The notes: generated by a model from the sequence alone, not told the origin. A stretch of DNA of 63,414 nucleotides, filler included, from Chiloscyllium plagiosum (GCF_004010195.1; 5 parts of one record of this genome joined end to end with filler, not necessarily neighbours in it); one strand, 5' to 3'; positions 13,932-25,494 are shown, numbered from the whole stretch's first letter. Numbers and translations are program-made.

Positions 13932-14090
13932 ACACCAGGTTATAGTCCAACAGGTTTATGTGGAAGCACTAGCTTTCGGAGCGCCGCTCCTTCATCAGGT
14001 GGCTGTGGGGTACGTGAAGGAGCGGCGCTCCGAAAGCTAGTGCTTCCACATAAACCTGTTGGACTATAACCTGGTGTTGTGTGATTTTTA
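13932..14090. mobile_element. Penelope-like palindrome: 63-bp perfect inverted arms with 20-nt loop
   Basis: 13932-13994 is the reverse complement of 14015-14077. Confidence 0.8.
13967..14001 (-). ncRNA. Minimal type I hammerhead ribozyme motif
   Basis: Minus strand reads cac-CUGAUGA-a-GGAGC-ggc-GCUCC-GAAA-GC-UA-gug: intact core, 5-bp stem II, stem I cac/gug and vestigial stem III, as in Penelope-associated HHRs. Confidence 0.7.
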
Positions 14091-14162
14091 AATCAGGAAT
14101 AATGGCAGTCTAACGAAATTCCTGAGGCTTGCTGTCTTTGAGGAGGACCGCCTGCAATCCGT

Positions 14163-14229
14163 CTATAGCAGTGAGACATTCAGTCTGGAAACAGCAGATA
14201 TTTTATCCACTGTATCCTCTCGGCCAAAG
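14163..14229 (-). CDS. Candidate alternative NPY exon 3 encoding (S)FGREDTVDKISAVSRLNVSLL*
   Basis: Good acceptor cttaattctgcctttctgtag|CTTTGGCCGAGAG. In phase with exon 2 it gives ...TRQ-S-F-G-R. No transcript evidence. Confidence 0.4.
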
Positions 14230-15297
14230 CTACAGAAAGGCAGAATTAAGTTGTGTTCCATTTGTGAATGGGATATCGATTTCCTGAAAGTTGCTAGTAC
14301 AGAGCTTAGACAAAGCCATTCAGTGCTGCTTTCATTCGGTGTAATGCTGTCCAATGTTAGTTCAATCTCGTCTGTTATTGATGGAATTGGCTAATATCGA
14401 AATTTCCAGACTCCACCAAAGGATTTGATTGACTCGGACTCCGCTTATACCGGATACCAAGATGCTGTAAATATAGCCAGAGCAGAAATCCGGTGCATTT
14501 AGTCTTTCCCTTTAACTGGGACAGTGTTCTGCAGCTTAATATTTTAGGTGGAGCTTCTCTGGGCTCACATCAATTCATTACATAAATCTTAAAGTAACTC
14601 TTACCTCAGAGAATTGACATAAATTATTTCATGGGAGGTTCTGATCTCAGTAACATTATCGGATATTACTTACCTAACCGAATACATTTGCTGCTCCAAT
14701 GAGGATTATCACATTCAAACTGCAGTTTTTAAGACAGTCAGTTGTCATAGAAATGCTCCCAGATTCCGCTTCACACGTGTATTTATATCATAAACACTTA
14801 GACGTCTCTGCACACAAACAACATCCTGCTGTAATAACCCGAAATGTTGTGTATAGTTTTTGTTTTTTAAAAAAAGAGAGACAGTATTCAAGTGATCTCG
14901 TTCCTAACTGGATCCAGCTCTATCACACCGGGGTTAGGGCAATATGGTGAGATGGACTGACTAAACTGAAGTGGTAAAGTTGCCATGTACCAGTTGAACT
15001 GTCGCCAATCCGGCGCGGAGCCCAATGTCAGCAATCATTCATGCTCTATCTCACAGGGTGGGATTTTAAAATGTTGAAACCCGGAGTGCTTATTAGCAGC
15101 TAAATTAAATAATATTCGTAAAATACAGAATTTGAAACGTTTTGACTCTATAAGGTGTGTCCTACACTGTCTTGGAACTATTTTTTCCCTCTAGCTTCCC
15201 TTGCTTTGGATGTTTCCTAAACATTAAAGAACTGAGCAGCCAGCAATACCCGGGTTCATGCCACCAAATGTATTGAATATGGAGCATGTAGCCTCAC

Positions 15298-15476
15298 CTC
15301 TGCCTGGTCAAAGCGTTATAGTAGTGCTTCAGGGCGGCGAAGTATTTGGCCAGATCCTCAGCAGAAGCGCCTTCGCCTGGGTCGATGGGCTTGGGCGGGT
15401 AAGCCTCGGTAAAAGTTCCTATGCAGATCAGCAAGCAAAATGCAACTCCCAGCCAAAACTTCATGTTGCCTTGCAT
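15298..15476 (-). CDS. NPY: Neuropeptide Y precursor exon 2 (signal peptide + mature peptide residues 1-34), divergent
   Basis: Acceptor ttcttgtccttccag is immediately followed by ATG, as in vertebrate NPY. Translation is MQGNMKFWLGVAFCLLICIGTFTEA-YPPKPIDPGEGASAEDLAKYFAALKHYYNALTRQ-AG|gtgagg, with a phase-2 intron inside the Arg35 codon (the conserved NPY-family position). The signal peptide resembles recalled ray NPY (MQTNMKFWLG...), and Ala14 is NPY-type. Confidence 0.93.
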
Positions 15477-16156
15477 CTGGAAGGACAAGAAAATGAACTG
15501 AGCAGCACATTTTTTTTCCCAGACAAGTTACCGTTTCTGAGACATACGCATTAAAAAACAATCCAGTTCTTAAGCTGGGGAGAAATGTAATGGTTGACAC
15601 TCCCCAGCGTTACAAAACATCGCACCAAGTGCAGCCGCTTACCAGAACGATCACTGTCAGGGGTCTCTCACAGACACAGTCGCTATGTGCAGAGAAATTA
15701 AAAACAGACTCAGATTCCCTGCTCATAGCAATTCTCCCAAAACACACCGACACGCAAACTCATCCCTTTTGAACAATCTGCGCAGCGGCTGGTAACGCAA
15801 CCTCGGGCGCTTCCCATTTTCGCTCGATGCCAGTTTTATATTATTCATTATCCTTTGGCTAAGCTGTTTGTATCGGTGCAAGAAACTTTGCTAAAGTCCA
15901 ACGTTCACTGCTATGTATGATAAAGCATGCATTTATTCTGAAATTAGTCTGAAGTCACCACCGAGCTCATCATTTCTTAGTTTAAGTTGCATTCAGCTAT
16001 CTAAAATCACAATTGGTCAAACTAGGTCGATTTACACGCTTTCCCCTAGAATATTTTCCGCATATAACATATGTAATCTATACATTACACAGAGAGCCTG
16101 CCTCAGTGAGACAACCCGATTTGGTGTTAGCCTTGTTCCGGGTTCATGTTACTCAC

Positions 16157-16258
16157 ATCTCGGGTCCAGCAGATGGTCAGAGGAAGCTGTTGGGAACCAG
16201 ACAAGGAACTCTCGCTGTTCTGTGTGCGCCTCTGGCTGGTCGCCGTCTTTTTGAGTCT
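16157..16258 (-). other. NPY: NPY non-coding exon 1 (5' UTR)
   Basis: Lies ~25-30 nt downstream of CATAAAAAG and ends at a consensus donor GAT|gtgagt (16157/16156). Intron 1 is 680 bp to the exon 2 acceptor. TSS is approximate. Confidence 0.75.
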
Positions 16259-16278
16259 GAGAAGCTACCGACCTGTCA

Positions 16279-16385
16279 TGCTTTTTATGTGTTCCCTTGG
16301 AGGAATTGAGGGAGGTTCCTGGTCACGCTTAATTGACCAGAATTCGTTATCACATTCCTGCAAAGGCGAAGCGACGTCAGCAGCG
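16279..16385 (-). promoter_or_regulatory. NPY proximal promoter: CRE-like TGACGTCG, AAGCGTGAC element, CCTCC boxes, TATA-like CATAAAAAG
   Basis: In minus-strand order: TGACGTCG (16379-16372), AAGCGTGAC (16330-16322), CCTCCCTC/CCTCC, then CATAAAAAG (16289-16281). The last three match the order of the recalled mammalian NPY promoter. Confidence 0.7.
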
Positions 16386-16974
16386 GCGGTGTTGGAGCCC
16401 TGTCACTAACTCGCTGATATATCATTGATAACACTGATTGCTTCCTTCCAACTCAAAGGAAACTTTCGGTCCTATCTACTGTGACCCCTTCCCCCTTTAA
16501 TATCCCAAGGGAGAATTCGCGATACAATGGAATTTAAAACAAGCTTTAGCAATTCTCAATTATTATCTATTAATAACATTGTACACCCGAACACTTGGTC
16601 TGCAAGCCTCCTCGTGCCTTCGACTGAGATAAGGCTAAATTGCTTCATGGCTCACGCTGTATATTTGCTGATCTGTGTGTAAAGCAGAAAATCACCCATC
16701 TGGGAACTCGCAGCCCCTGCAATACATTCAAGTGTAAGTCTCTCGGTGATTTGCACGTATTTCTCTCCACTTTCACAGCCTTTTCTATTCTGTTTTTATG
16801 CTTCATGGTTGTCAGGAACAACGATTTTAATAAAACACATTATCACTGGCGCATGTTTAAAACGAACGATTCTTGTAACAATTTGGTTAATAATGTTTCT
16901 GATTTGGGGGCCGTTACACATTGCTCTACTGCAGCACCTTCAATAGGTTCAAAACATTCAAACGTATACCAGGA

Positions 16975-17256
16975 GATTAGATTACTTACAGTGTGGAAAC
17001 AGGCCCTTCGGCCCAACCACACCGACCCGCCGAAGCGCAACCTGCCCATACCCCTAACCTAACACTACGGGCAATTTAGCATGGCCAATTCACCTGACCC
17101 GCACATCTTTGGACTGTGGGAGGAAACCGGAGCACCCGGAGGAAACCCACGCAGACACGGGGAAAATGTGCAAACTCCACACAGTCAGTCACCTGAGGCG
17201 GGAACTGAACCCGGGTCTCTGGCGCTGTGAGGCAGCAGTGCCACCGTGCCGCCCAC
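16975..17256 (-). mobile_element. HE1/V-SINE
   Basis: Same family as 13200-13489. Confidence 0.92.
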
Positions 17257-19729
17257 GAATCTAAGTAATCTAAGATCTTTGGAAATAAATAAATCTTTGA
17301 AATAATTCGAGACCTTCGGAAGAGCCCCAGTATTGTATTTACAGTCTGGAAAGGTGCATTCTGCTTGGTCTAAATACGAGAGGCGCAAGTCTCTTATTAG
17401 TAAAATGCCCTTTTTGGCTTGATGGTCAGCCCGGCTTAATTCTTAAAAATTACATACACAGATGGTCATTTTCTTTTCAGTTTAAATGCATTTCTTCCAA
17501 GAAGTGAGGTTTTCCGTTGACTTTGAATAATGTGATAGTTTTGTGTTCACTGCTGGTTTGTGTGTGCTGGTGAGGGAGGATAGAGGAGATAGCGAAGATC
17601 CAAATACTGCTGCAGGTATCACTACAAACCCGGCGCCGACCGGGGAAATCCTCATAAACACAATCATTCTCAATACTGAACGATTGTGCTCCAAAAGCTT
17701 TGCACTTTTGTCACCCGTGAGCAGGAATGTCTGTCGTAACTCTCGTACAAAATTCGAGATCAAAGAAACACGTCAGAAAATGTGCTCTCCACTCTCATGA
17801 CAGTGAGCTCAAAGCTCCACAGAGCAAGCCTCCCGCTGTCAATACTTGACACACCCTTTTGTTTCCCGGCGGACTGTGGGAGGCAGGGGTCCGCACAACC
17901 CAGTTACATTTTTAACATTAACCATGCAAGATTCTTTCAAGGACTCCCACAATCTAAATTATTACCCCATCCCTCATTTTCGTGGAGGCTTTTGCTTCTT
18001 TAAAACTCAATGTCTGGAGTACCAGAGTGACGCCAGATATTCCTGATCGCGGGTGACAGGAATACAACGCTGTTGGAGCACAATCATTGAGTATTGAGAA
18101 CGTACTGTCCACTTTACAAATTAAAGCAGATAAAATGGATCTTCTTGCTCCCTCTGCTTAATGGATATTTAAGGTGTGAAAGTTTTATTGAAAATTACAT
18201 CTGATCTCTGATTCACATGAGGTAGGAGGGGGTACGCTGCTTTTGCTGTTCCTGCTTCACGCTAGCACACAAATGCTATCATTGCCTAAGCAGTGAGATG
18301 TGCTTTTACACTATCCAGACTTTCTGAAGTAATGGTGGGCGAATTAGAGAGCGAGCTAGAGAGAGAGAGAGAGGAAAACACTGAACTGGGTAATGTAGAC
18401 GTAATTGCTAAGTTCAGCAATTCATGTCAAAATACGTCAGTCAATCAGGACCCTAAAGTGGGATGTACACGTGTTCTCCTGTGGTTCATATTGACAATAA
18501 GAGTAGCACTTTCAGACATCATTACATTAAAGAGATGCTTTTTAAAAAGCATGTTGCAGTTTGTTAAAAAGCTGACTGATGATCATGACAGGCGCCGATT
18601 TTCAATATTTGGAAGAAAGGGTAAGTCGGAAATAGAGGGGCTGAAGGGGTAGAAATACAAATATGTTAGCATCTTCTGCAACTCTTCTCTCAAAAAAAGC
18701 TTCTGATTGCATCTTCCCACTAAACATGTAGATTTATGAGTGTCTACTGAACAAGGACAATACGCAGCTCTCAGGCTAATACTGAGGACCCCAAAACCAT
18801 GGATCACGGCTTATTTAGAACGAAAGGTGGGGAATAAGACTATTCTCTCTCGCAAGGAAGTCTGTCAGGAGCTAAAATTAAAGTTATTAACACTATGAAC
18901 AGGATTGATAGAGAGACTGGAAAAGACTGTGTCCTCTGGTTGGGGGAGTTAGCAGGAAGATGATCTTAAATTGAAAATGATCACCCAAAGAATGAGGTTC
19001 AGAGAGAGTTCTCCACACAGAGAGAATTTGTGAACGGACTGACGCTTTGTCAGAGGGAACCTTTTGCAGATATAGAGGAAAGTAAATGTACATTTGAAAC
19101 ACAAGACGAGTCCGGTATTATCTTATTTTGGGGATTATTCTTGGCAAAAAATAAAACGCTGACAGGCGTCACGAAATGGATTTCTGTGCAAAAGGGGAAA
19201 AAAAGGACTTGCTGTTTTTTTTATTTGGCATTCGGGGATAAATTTAAAATATTCCCGGGTGACAGGGAGGACGAGGATGAGGAAAATAGAAAGTGCACCC
19301 TTGAAGCCCAACTTTTGACAGAGACAACCAGGAAATCGGAGCTTTCAGTCTATATACGGTCGGAGATCCGCTGAATCGTGTCGCCTTTACCGGGGGAGTT
19401 TAAATCCTGATACCCCCCCTCCCTTGAAACTCTGTGAAAGATGTCTCTGACTGAGGTGGACAGTCCCCAGGCACCGAGCTCGATGATTACACACTTGTCT
19501 CAGCGCTGGGGATCTGCGTTAGAGTTCACCGCGGCAGTCACTCACACTGACCCTGAACTTCTGCCTGGAACCTCCAGCTACTTCCTGACCCCTGACTGTA
19601 TTCCTAGAGGCTCCGATTGCCCCTCAACCTGACCAACTCTCTACCCTAACTTAGCCCAAACCTCCTAGACTCTTCCCTGACCCACCACCCACTCAGCCCC
19701 TTACCAACACCACCTACCTCAGCTACCCA

Positions 19730-19880
19730 CTCTCCTGCCATCCAACCCTCCTGCCATCTCACCCTCCTGCCATCCTACACTCCTACCATCCTACCTCCCT
19801 ACCATCTGACCCTCCTGCCATCCTACCCTCCTGCCATCCTACCGTCCTGCCATCCTACCCTCTTGCCATCCTACTCTCAT
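19730..19880 (+). repeat. ~17-18-bp minisatellite (ccctcctgccatcctac)
   Basis: About 8 degenerate tandem units. Confidence 0.8.
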
Positions 19881-20097
19881 CTGCCAACATTGCAACCAGG
19901 CAATAAAAAGCCTGGAAATGTGGTGAAGGCAACTTCAATTCAAGGAGGCAATTATTTGGACAGCCCTTCATCAACTTGCTGCTGATGCCTGAAATGTCGA
20001 TTTTCCTGCTCCTCGGATGCTGCTTGACCTGCTGTGCTTTTCCAGCACCGCTCTAATCTTGACTTTAATTTTCAGCACCTGTAGCACCCACCTCCCC

Positions 20098-20275
20098 CTG
20101 GGTAATTGAGATTGTCTGGGTAACAGAGATGGACTGAGTAATGGAGATGGACTGGGTAACACAGCCAGATTGGGTAATAGAGACAGACTGGGTGACAGAG
20201 ACAGAGTTGGTAACAGCTGGACTGGGTGATAGAGCCAGACTGGGCAATAGAGACAGTCTGGATATTAGAGTAGAC
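20098..20275 (+). repeat. 18-bp minisatellite (gactgggtaatagagaca-like)
   Basis: About 10 degenerate tandem units. Confidence 0.8.
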
Positions 20276-23200
20276 TGAATCATAGAGCTGGTGTGGGCAC
20301 AATGTGCCTAATGGCCTCTGACTGCACCTTCATAATACTGTGATTACACGAGAACCACCATCACTCTACTCCCCCTCCCCACCAGCTCACCCACCCCCCA
20401 CTATACGTACCACCTCACCCACCATCTCATCCGCCACTAGACCCACCCACCACCATACCTAGCTACCACCTCAACCACCACCTCACTCTCACACCACCTG
20501 TCATCCCACCCACTGACCTCATCCACTTACTCATCCTGTCTTCCCCCATCCCCCAGCTATTCACTCATGCATTTATCATAAAATCACTTTTGAACATTTA
20601 AACTCCACATAAGCAGCTAATGTTGTAAGAAAGTGGGACCCTTGCCTCCACCCATCTTAATTTTCTAAAGTGGAGCTCTGCAACAGACTGTTCATTCTGC
20701 ATTTCTGAAGAAGTCTGCATTAGATGATCCAGCTAAATATTCACTGTGGTGTCTGGACACAGAAAACTAGAAGCAGAGCAGCAAAGTTGATTGCTGCTTC
20801 CTGAAAGATCCAAGCCAGTAATGAAATCTTTAAATGACCTTTTAAGAAATTGTTTAATTTTTGTCTGGTCTCTTCACCTCCCCCCACCCCCACCCCCACC
20901 TTACTCTCTTGTACATTACCTAACATTACTTTCATTTACCCCAGTTGAAAGCAAACATCTCAGATGTCAGACTGATTTCCTGACAACACTTGTGATGGAG
21001 GGGTGGTCCAGAAAAATCACTGATTAATTATAGTAGCTGCCTTTGAGCAAGATAAAGAAGGTTAATTAGAGCAGACAGCCTGGGACCAAGTCCCACCTTC
21101 TCCAGGGATGGGTCATAACATATCTGAACAGGCTGATTACGGGGGGGCAAGTTGGTAGGCATTATTGCCTCGATAACAGTACCATCTGCCTAGCTTGCAT
21201 TTTCTACCTGTATAATGAGGAGATGTCATGATCACAATAAAACAACAGCATATATTTATGTAGCACCTTTAGTGTAACAATATCTCCAAGCACTAGAGTA
21301 TTATCAAAGAAAATCTGGTATCAAGCAACATAAGGTGATAGGTGATCAAAAGCTTGGACAAAACCATCAGTCTTAAGGAAAAGAGATATTGGAAAGTCAC
21401 AAAGCTTTAGTTAAGAAATACTAGAACTTAGGTCTTAGGGAGCTGGAGCCTCGGCCATTATTGGCGATGTGATTAACATTGATGAATTGATCTTCATAGG
21501 TTTTGGGTTAGAGGAGGCTCTGCAGATAAGGGGATGAAATGCTAAGTGGGAATTGAAAACAGACAAGGCTACAGTTGTACAGTTGTAGTGTGTTGTTCAG
21601 TGGATGAATGGGTCTAAGCATGAGTTCAGGTACCAGCAGCAGTGTTTTGGATATATCTCAACCTGGAGCTTTTGTCTGATCTCAATGTTTTCAGAATAGC
21701 AATCCAGCCTGTGCTTCAATGCTAGCTTCTAATGTTAACTTTCTCCTCAGCTATTTCACTCGAAAGAAAATACTGATGAGTCATTCTTTGGGAAGTATCT
21801 GGTAGAATGATTCAGCATAGAAGGAGGCTATTTGGTCCATGGCACTTGTGCTGAGAGCTCAAAACCCTAATCTTTGGGTAAAGAAACCACACAACTGTTT
21901 TTAGGAGCCAAATCTCTTGAATCACAAAAAAAAATCAGTTAAATTAGGCTTTCTCACAGCACAACATCAAATATGGAATTGCTGGGAGTAGATTGGCAGT
22001 GACAGCATAATGTGGTTCCAAAGTATGTGCCAGTGAAATGTCTAACTGGTGATGACAACGAAGATGCGAAAGTATAAGTGATGTGTGAAGGTGTATAAAG
22101 ATGCCAATTTTTGGTATGAACAGGGAATAAGGATGTTTGCTTATTTTTGATAGTTGTGTGTGAGCATCTCTGTCTGAATATGGTTGCATATAAATAATTG
22201 GAGAAGTATCATGTAATCACATGTCTTGTTTAATTATTTTGATGTTAAATTGATTCTAAATTCATGAAAATATAGACAAACAGGGATGTTAAGCGTGCAC
22301 AGTTGGTGTAAATAACTATGAATATTACCAATCCTGTAATCTAAAATTGTGAGAATGAGCCAAACACAAGGGCACTACTTGGTAATTCTGTCTCAAAACG
22401 AATCATCTTACTCATGTGATATATATTATCAAGTTTTGTTCACACATTTTGGAAGTGAATTTTTAAAAATTATATAATATTTTAAAAAGTAAATCGTAGA
22501 TAAACAGTGGTTCATAAGAGTTTGGTAAGCTGCTGCAAAACTTCAAACCCAATCTTGTCTTCACCTGCATTAACATCCCTTCCAGTTTACATGCTGTCAG
22601 CAATAGTTTAGCACCTATCACTTTCAGCTCAAGCATTTATCATTCTGAATAGCTCCAATTATTCCAGCAGCTGATTCCATCACATTGGATTAGATCTCGC
22701 TGGCAGGAATGTTTGAACTTAATGTTGCACTCAATTGTCGTTAAGGTTCAATAGTGGATTCAGTGGGATGTAACAAAAAAAACTCTATGGGTCAAGTGAT
22801 CTAAATTAACACATTTATTAGCTCTGATATATATATATGTATTGTGTGGATATTAATCAGTAAATACATTAAGCAGTAAATTTATAAATTAAGCGGTACA
22901 TGTATATTAAGCAGGAAATATATCTATGTCACAGCAAATTCAAATATACTTCAATTAATATATTATATAAAGCAGTAAATATATATTGATGAGACTCATG
23001 CCCTTCTGCCCATCAGGGACCGTGCTTTATAATGGCCAGTGTGGAAAACTCAGGATTCCTGGCACTATTCATGATCCCAGTCCAGGATGAAGTCAGACAG
23101 CATCTAGCACATGTATTAAGTTGTCAGCAAGTTTCATTGCCTTTTTACAGCCCCAAATCCCAGCCTGAGGTGAATTCCTATGCATTGGCCAAAGTCCCTG

Positions 23201-23424
23201 ATATTAATACAATACTGAATCTAAGATTACGTGCTATATGACAATTTCATGGTACTTTCAGTACTTTTCCAGACATTCCATTATACAGGAAAACATCTCC
23301 AGGTGGCTCTGTGTGAGACCCTAACAGGACAGATCTTTCAACTTAGTACCACATGGTCACCTCTCAGTCAAAACAGACTGTTTTTGCATTAGGCCTGTTT
23401 TCTTTTTTTCCTTTCTTTTTATGT

Positions 23425-24325
23425 TTTTTTTTAAAGACACAAAGTGCACGAATCTTTATTCAAATTCCACCACCAGGAAGACAGGAAAACACCCGGGTGG
23501 CCAGTGACAAACACTGCCCTTCACATCAAAGGGCAGTGCTGTGTGATCAAAACAGTGAAGGGGAGGGGAGGGACTAAATCAAAATAGAGTTGGAATGCTC
23601 CTGTTTTTTTTCAATTTCCACCACCAGGAAATTCTCCTGTTTCTTTTTTTTTCTTTTTTATTCAATTTCCACCACCAGGAAGATAGGAAAACACCCGAGT
23701 GGCCAGTGACAANNNNNNNNNNNNNNNNNNNNNNNNNNNNNNNNNNNNNNNNNNNNNNNNNNNNNNNNNNNNNNNNNNNNNNNNNNNNNNNNNNNNNNNN
23801 NNNNNNNNNNNNNNNNNNNNNNNNNNNNNNNNNNNNNNNNNNNNNNNNNNNNNNNNNNNNNNNNNNNNNNNNNNNNNNNNNNNNNNNNNNNNNNNNNNNN
23901 NNNNNNNNNNNNNNNNNNNNNNNNNNNNNNNNNNNNNNNNNNNNNNNNNNNNNNNNNNNNNNNNNNNNNNNNNNNNNNNNNNNNNNNNNNNNNNGACACA
24001 AAGTGCACGAATTTTTTATTCAATTTCCACCACCAGGAATATAGGAAAACACCCGGGTGGCCAGTGACAAGCACTGCCCTTCTCATCAAAGGGCAGTGCT
24101 GTGTGATCAAAACAGTGAAGGGGAGGGTAGGGACTAAATCAAAATATAATTGGAGGGAGAAAGGATGCACTCCACTCCCTGCGGCGCCCACCTCTCCCTG
24201 AACAACTCCAGGGTGTTGGTGGACACCGCGTGCTCCTTCTCCAAGGACACCCGGGCTCTAACATAACTGCGGAAGAGGGGCAGGCAGTTGGCCCTAACGA
24301 CCCCCTCCACGGCCCGGTTAGGCCT
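23425..24325 (-). mobile_element. Tx1/L1-clade non-LTR retrotransposon 3' ends (repeated around N gap 23713-23994)
   Basis: Minus ORF ...LFRSYVRARVSLEKEH...FRERWAPQG resembles a Tx1 ORF2 C-terminus. The 3' UTR has an AATAAA and A-tail and is repeated at 23436 and 23995. Confidence 0.6.
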
Positions 24326-25494
24326 GTTTTCCATGTATTTTTCCACTTTAGTTCAATTGCTCTTTGTTATGTCCCATTAACATTTAATAAATAACCCTCA
24401 ACAGTCTGGTTTGAAGATATCAGATTAAATCCTGCCACTACAATTGTCCAGAATTTTCGGAAAGTACCTTTGTTCCCCAGTAGGAATTCTTACGGTTGAT
24501 CTGAACAACCACACACACCATAAACACCCACTGCACTCCCTTCCCAAACACTACCCCGGTGCACAATGCACATGCACAACATAGGCTTTGAGGGTTAATT
24601 AAGAGGCTTCTCTTCTATAACCAATGTGACCCTGATATTCACTTTTCTACTTCCCTGAGTTCTTCTGTGAGGAGGCTGTCTACCTGAGAGGAATGAACGT
24701 TTGTTAAAGGTAAGACTCTGAATTGTCCTGATGAATGCAAAACAGAAAGCTCAGACTCTCCAAAGTCCATTTTTGATAGATGTCCTATAGATTATTTACT
24801 TAAGGTGACCTTTAACCCATTGTAAGGAATGCCCAAGGAGGAGCATCATGTGTCAGGATAATCAACTGTCCAAGTAAAATTGCTTTTAATTTCACAGCCA
24901 AGCCAGAATCAGGACAGGCCTCTTACCAACTGCATCTATAAATGTCAACTGTGGATAACCATTTAAAAATTGGATATAAGGCAAGATGATACTTTGATCA
25001 AATTCAAACATCTTGCACTTTTACAGGCAGCATTAGAAGAAATGTGTTGCCTTACATGTCAATAGGTACAAAAACACAAGCAAGTAGCAGTAGTACTGGT
25101 CCCTCTATGTCAGGGTTCCATGATTTGTCACTTGAAGAATACAGTACAGTGTTAGATATTGTGATGAATATAACCCAAAATTATTCCTTTCACTTGTTGA
25201 TATTTGTAATTGTCATATCTCTGGAAATGGAGCAACATATTATAACAATTTGCATTTATATTATGTTCTCATGAAGGAAGGCATCACAAGATACATTACA
25301 GAAGCATAAGCAACATTGATGCAAAACTGCAGAAGGAAACATTAGCAGCAGTTATGACTAAAAGTTTGATAAAAAGGAGGTAGGTTTTGAGAAGAAGGTG
25401 GAGAACAAGTAAGGTTGACCAGGCTAGGTAGAAGCCAGGCAGCCAAAGGTATAGATCCCAAAGATGGGTCCTAAAGAGGTTTGAGAGAAACAAA

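Noticed and set aside
15298..15476. Calling the gene PYY because of the YPPKP start
   Set aside because: Ala14 rather than Pro14, the MQxNMKFWLG signal peptide, the CPON sequence and the promoter motifs are all NPY-type.
15834..15840. TATAAAA on the minus strand as the NPY TATA box
   Set aside because: It lies within inferred intron 1. The 16281-16289 element has conserved neighbouring motifs and a consensus donor downstream.
17180..17256. tRNA gene
   Set aside because: tRNA-derived head (A/B boxes) of a V-SINE, not a full cloverleaf gene.
24924..24990. LTFIDAVG|gtaag as the next MGAT5-like exon
   Set aside because: Only superficial similarity to LIYIDIVG, and the donor position and exon length do not fit.
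1750..25494. A second, canonical NPY exon 2 (YPSKPDNPG...)
   Set aside because: Searched by eye on the minus strand and none was found in this contig.
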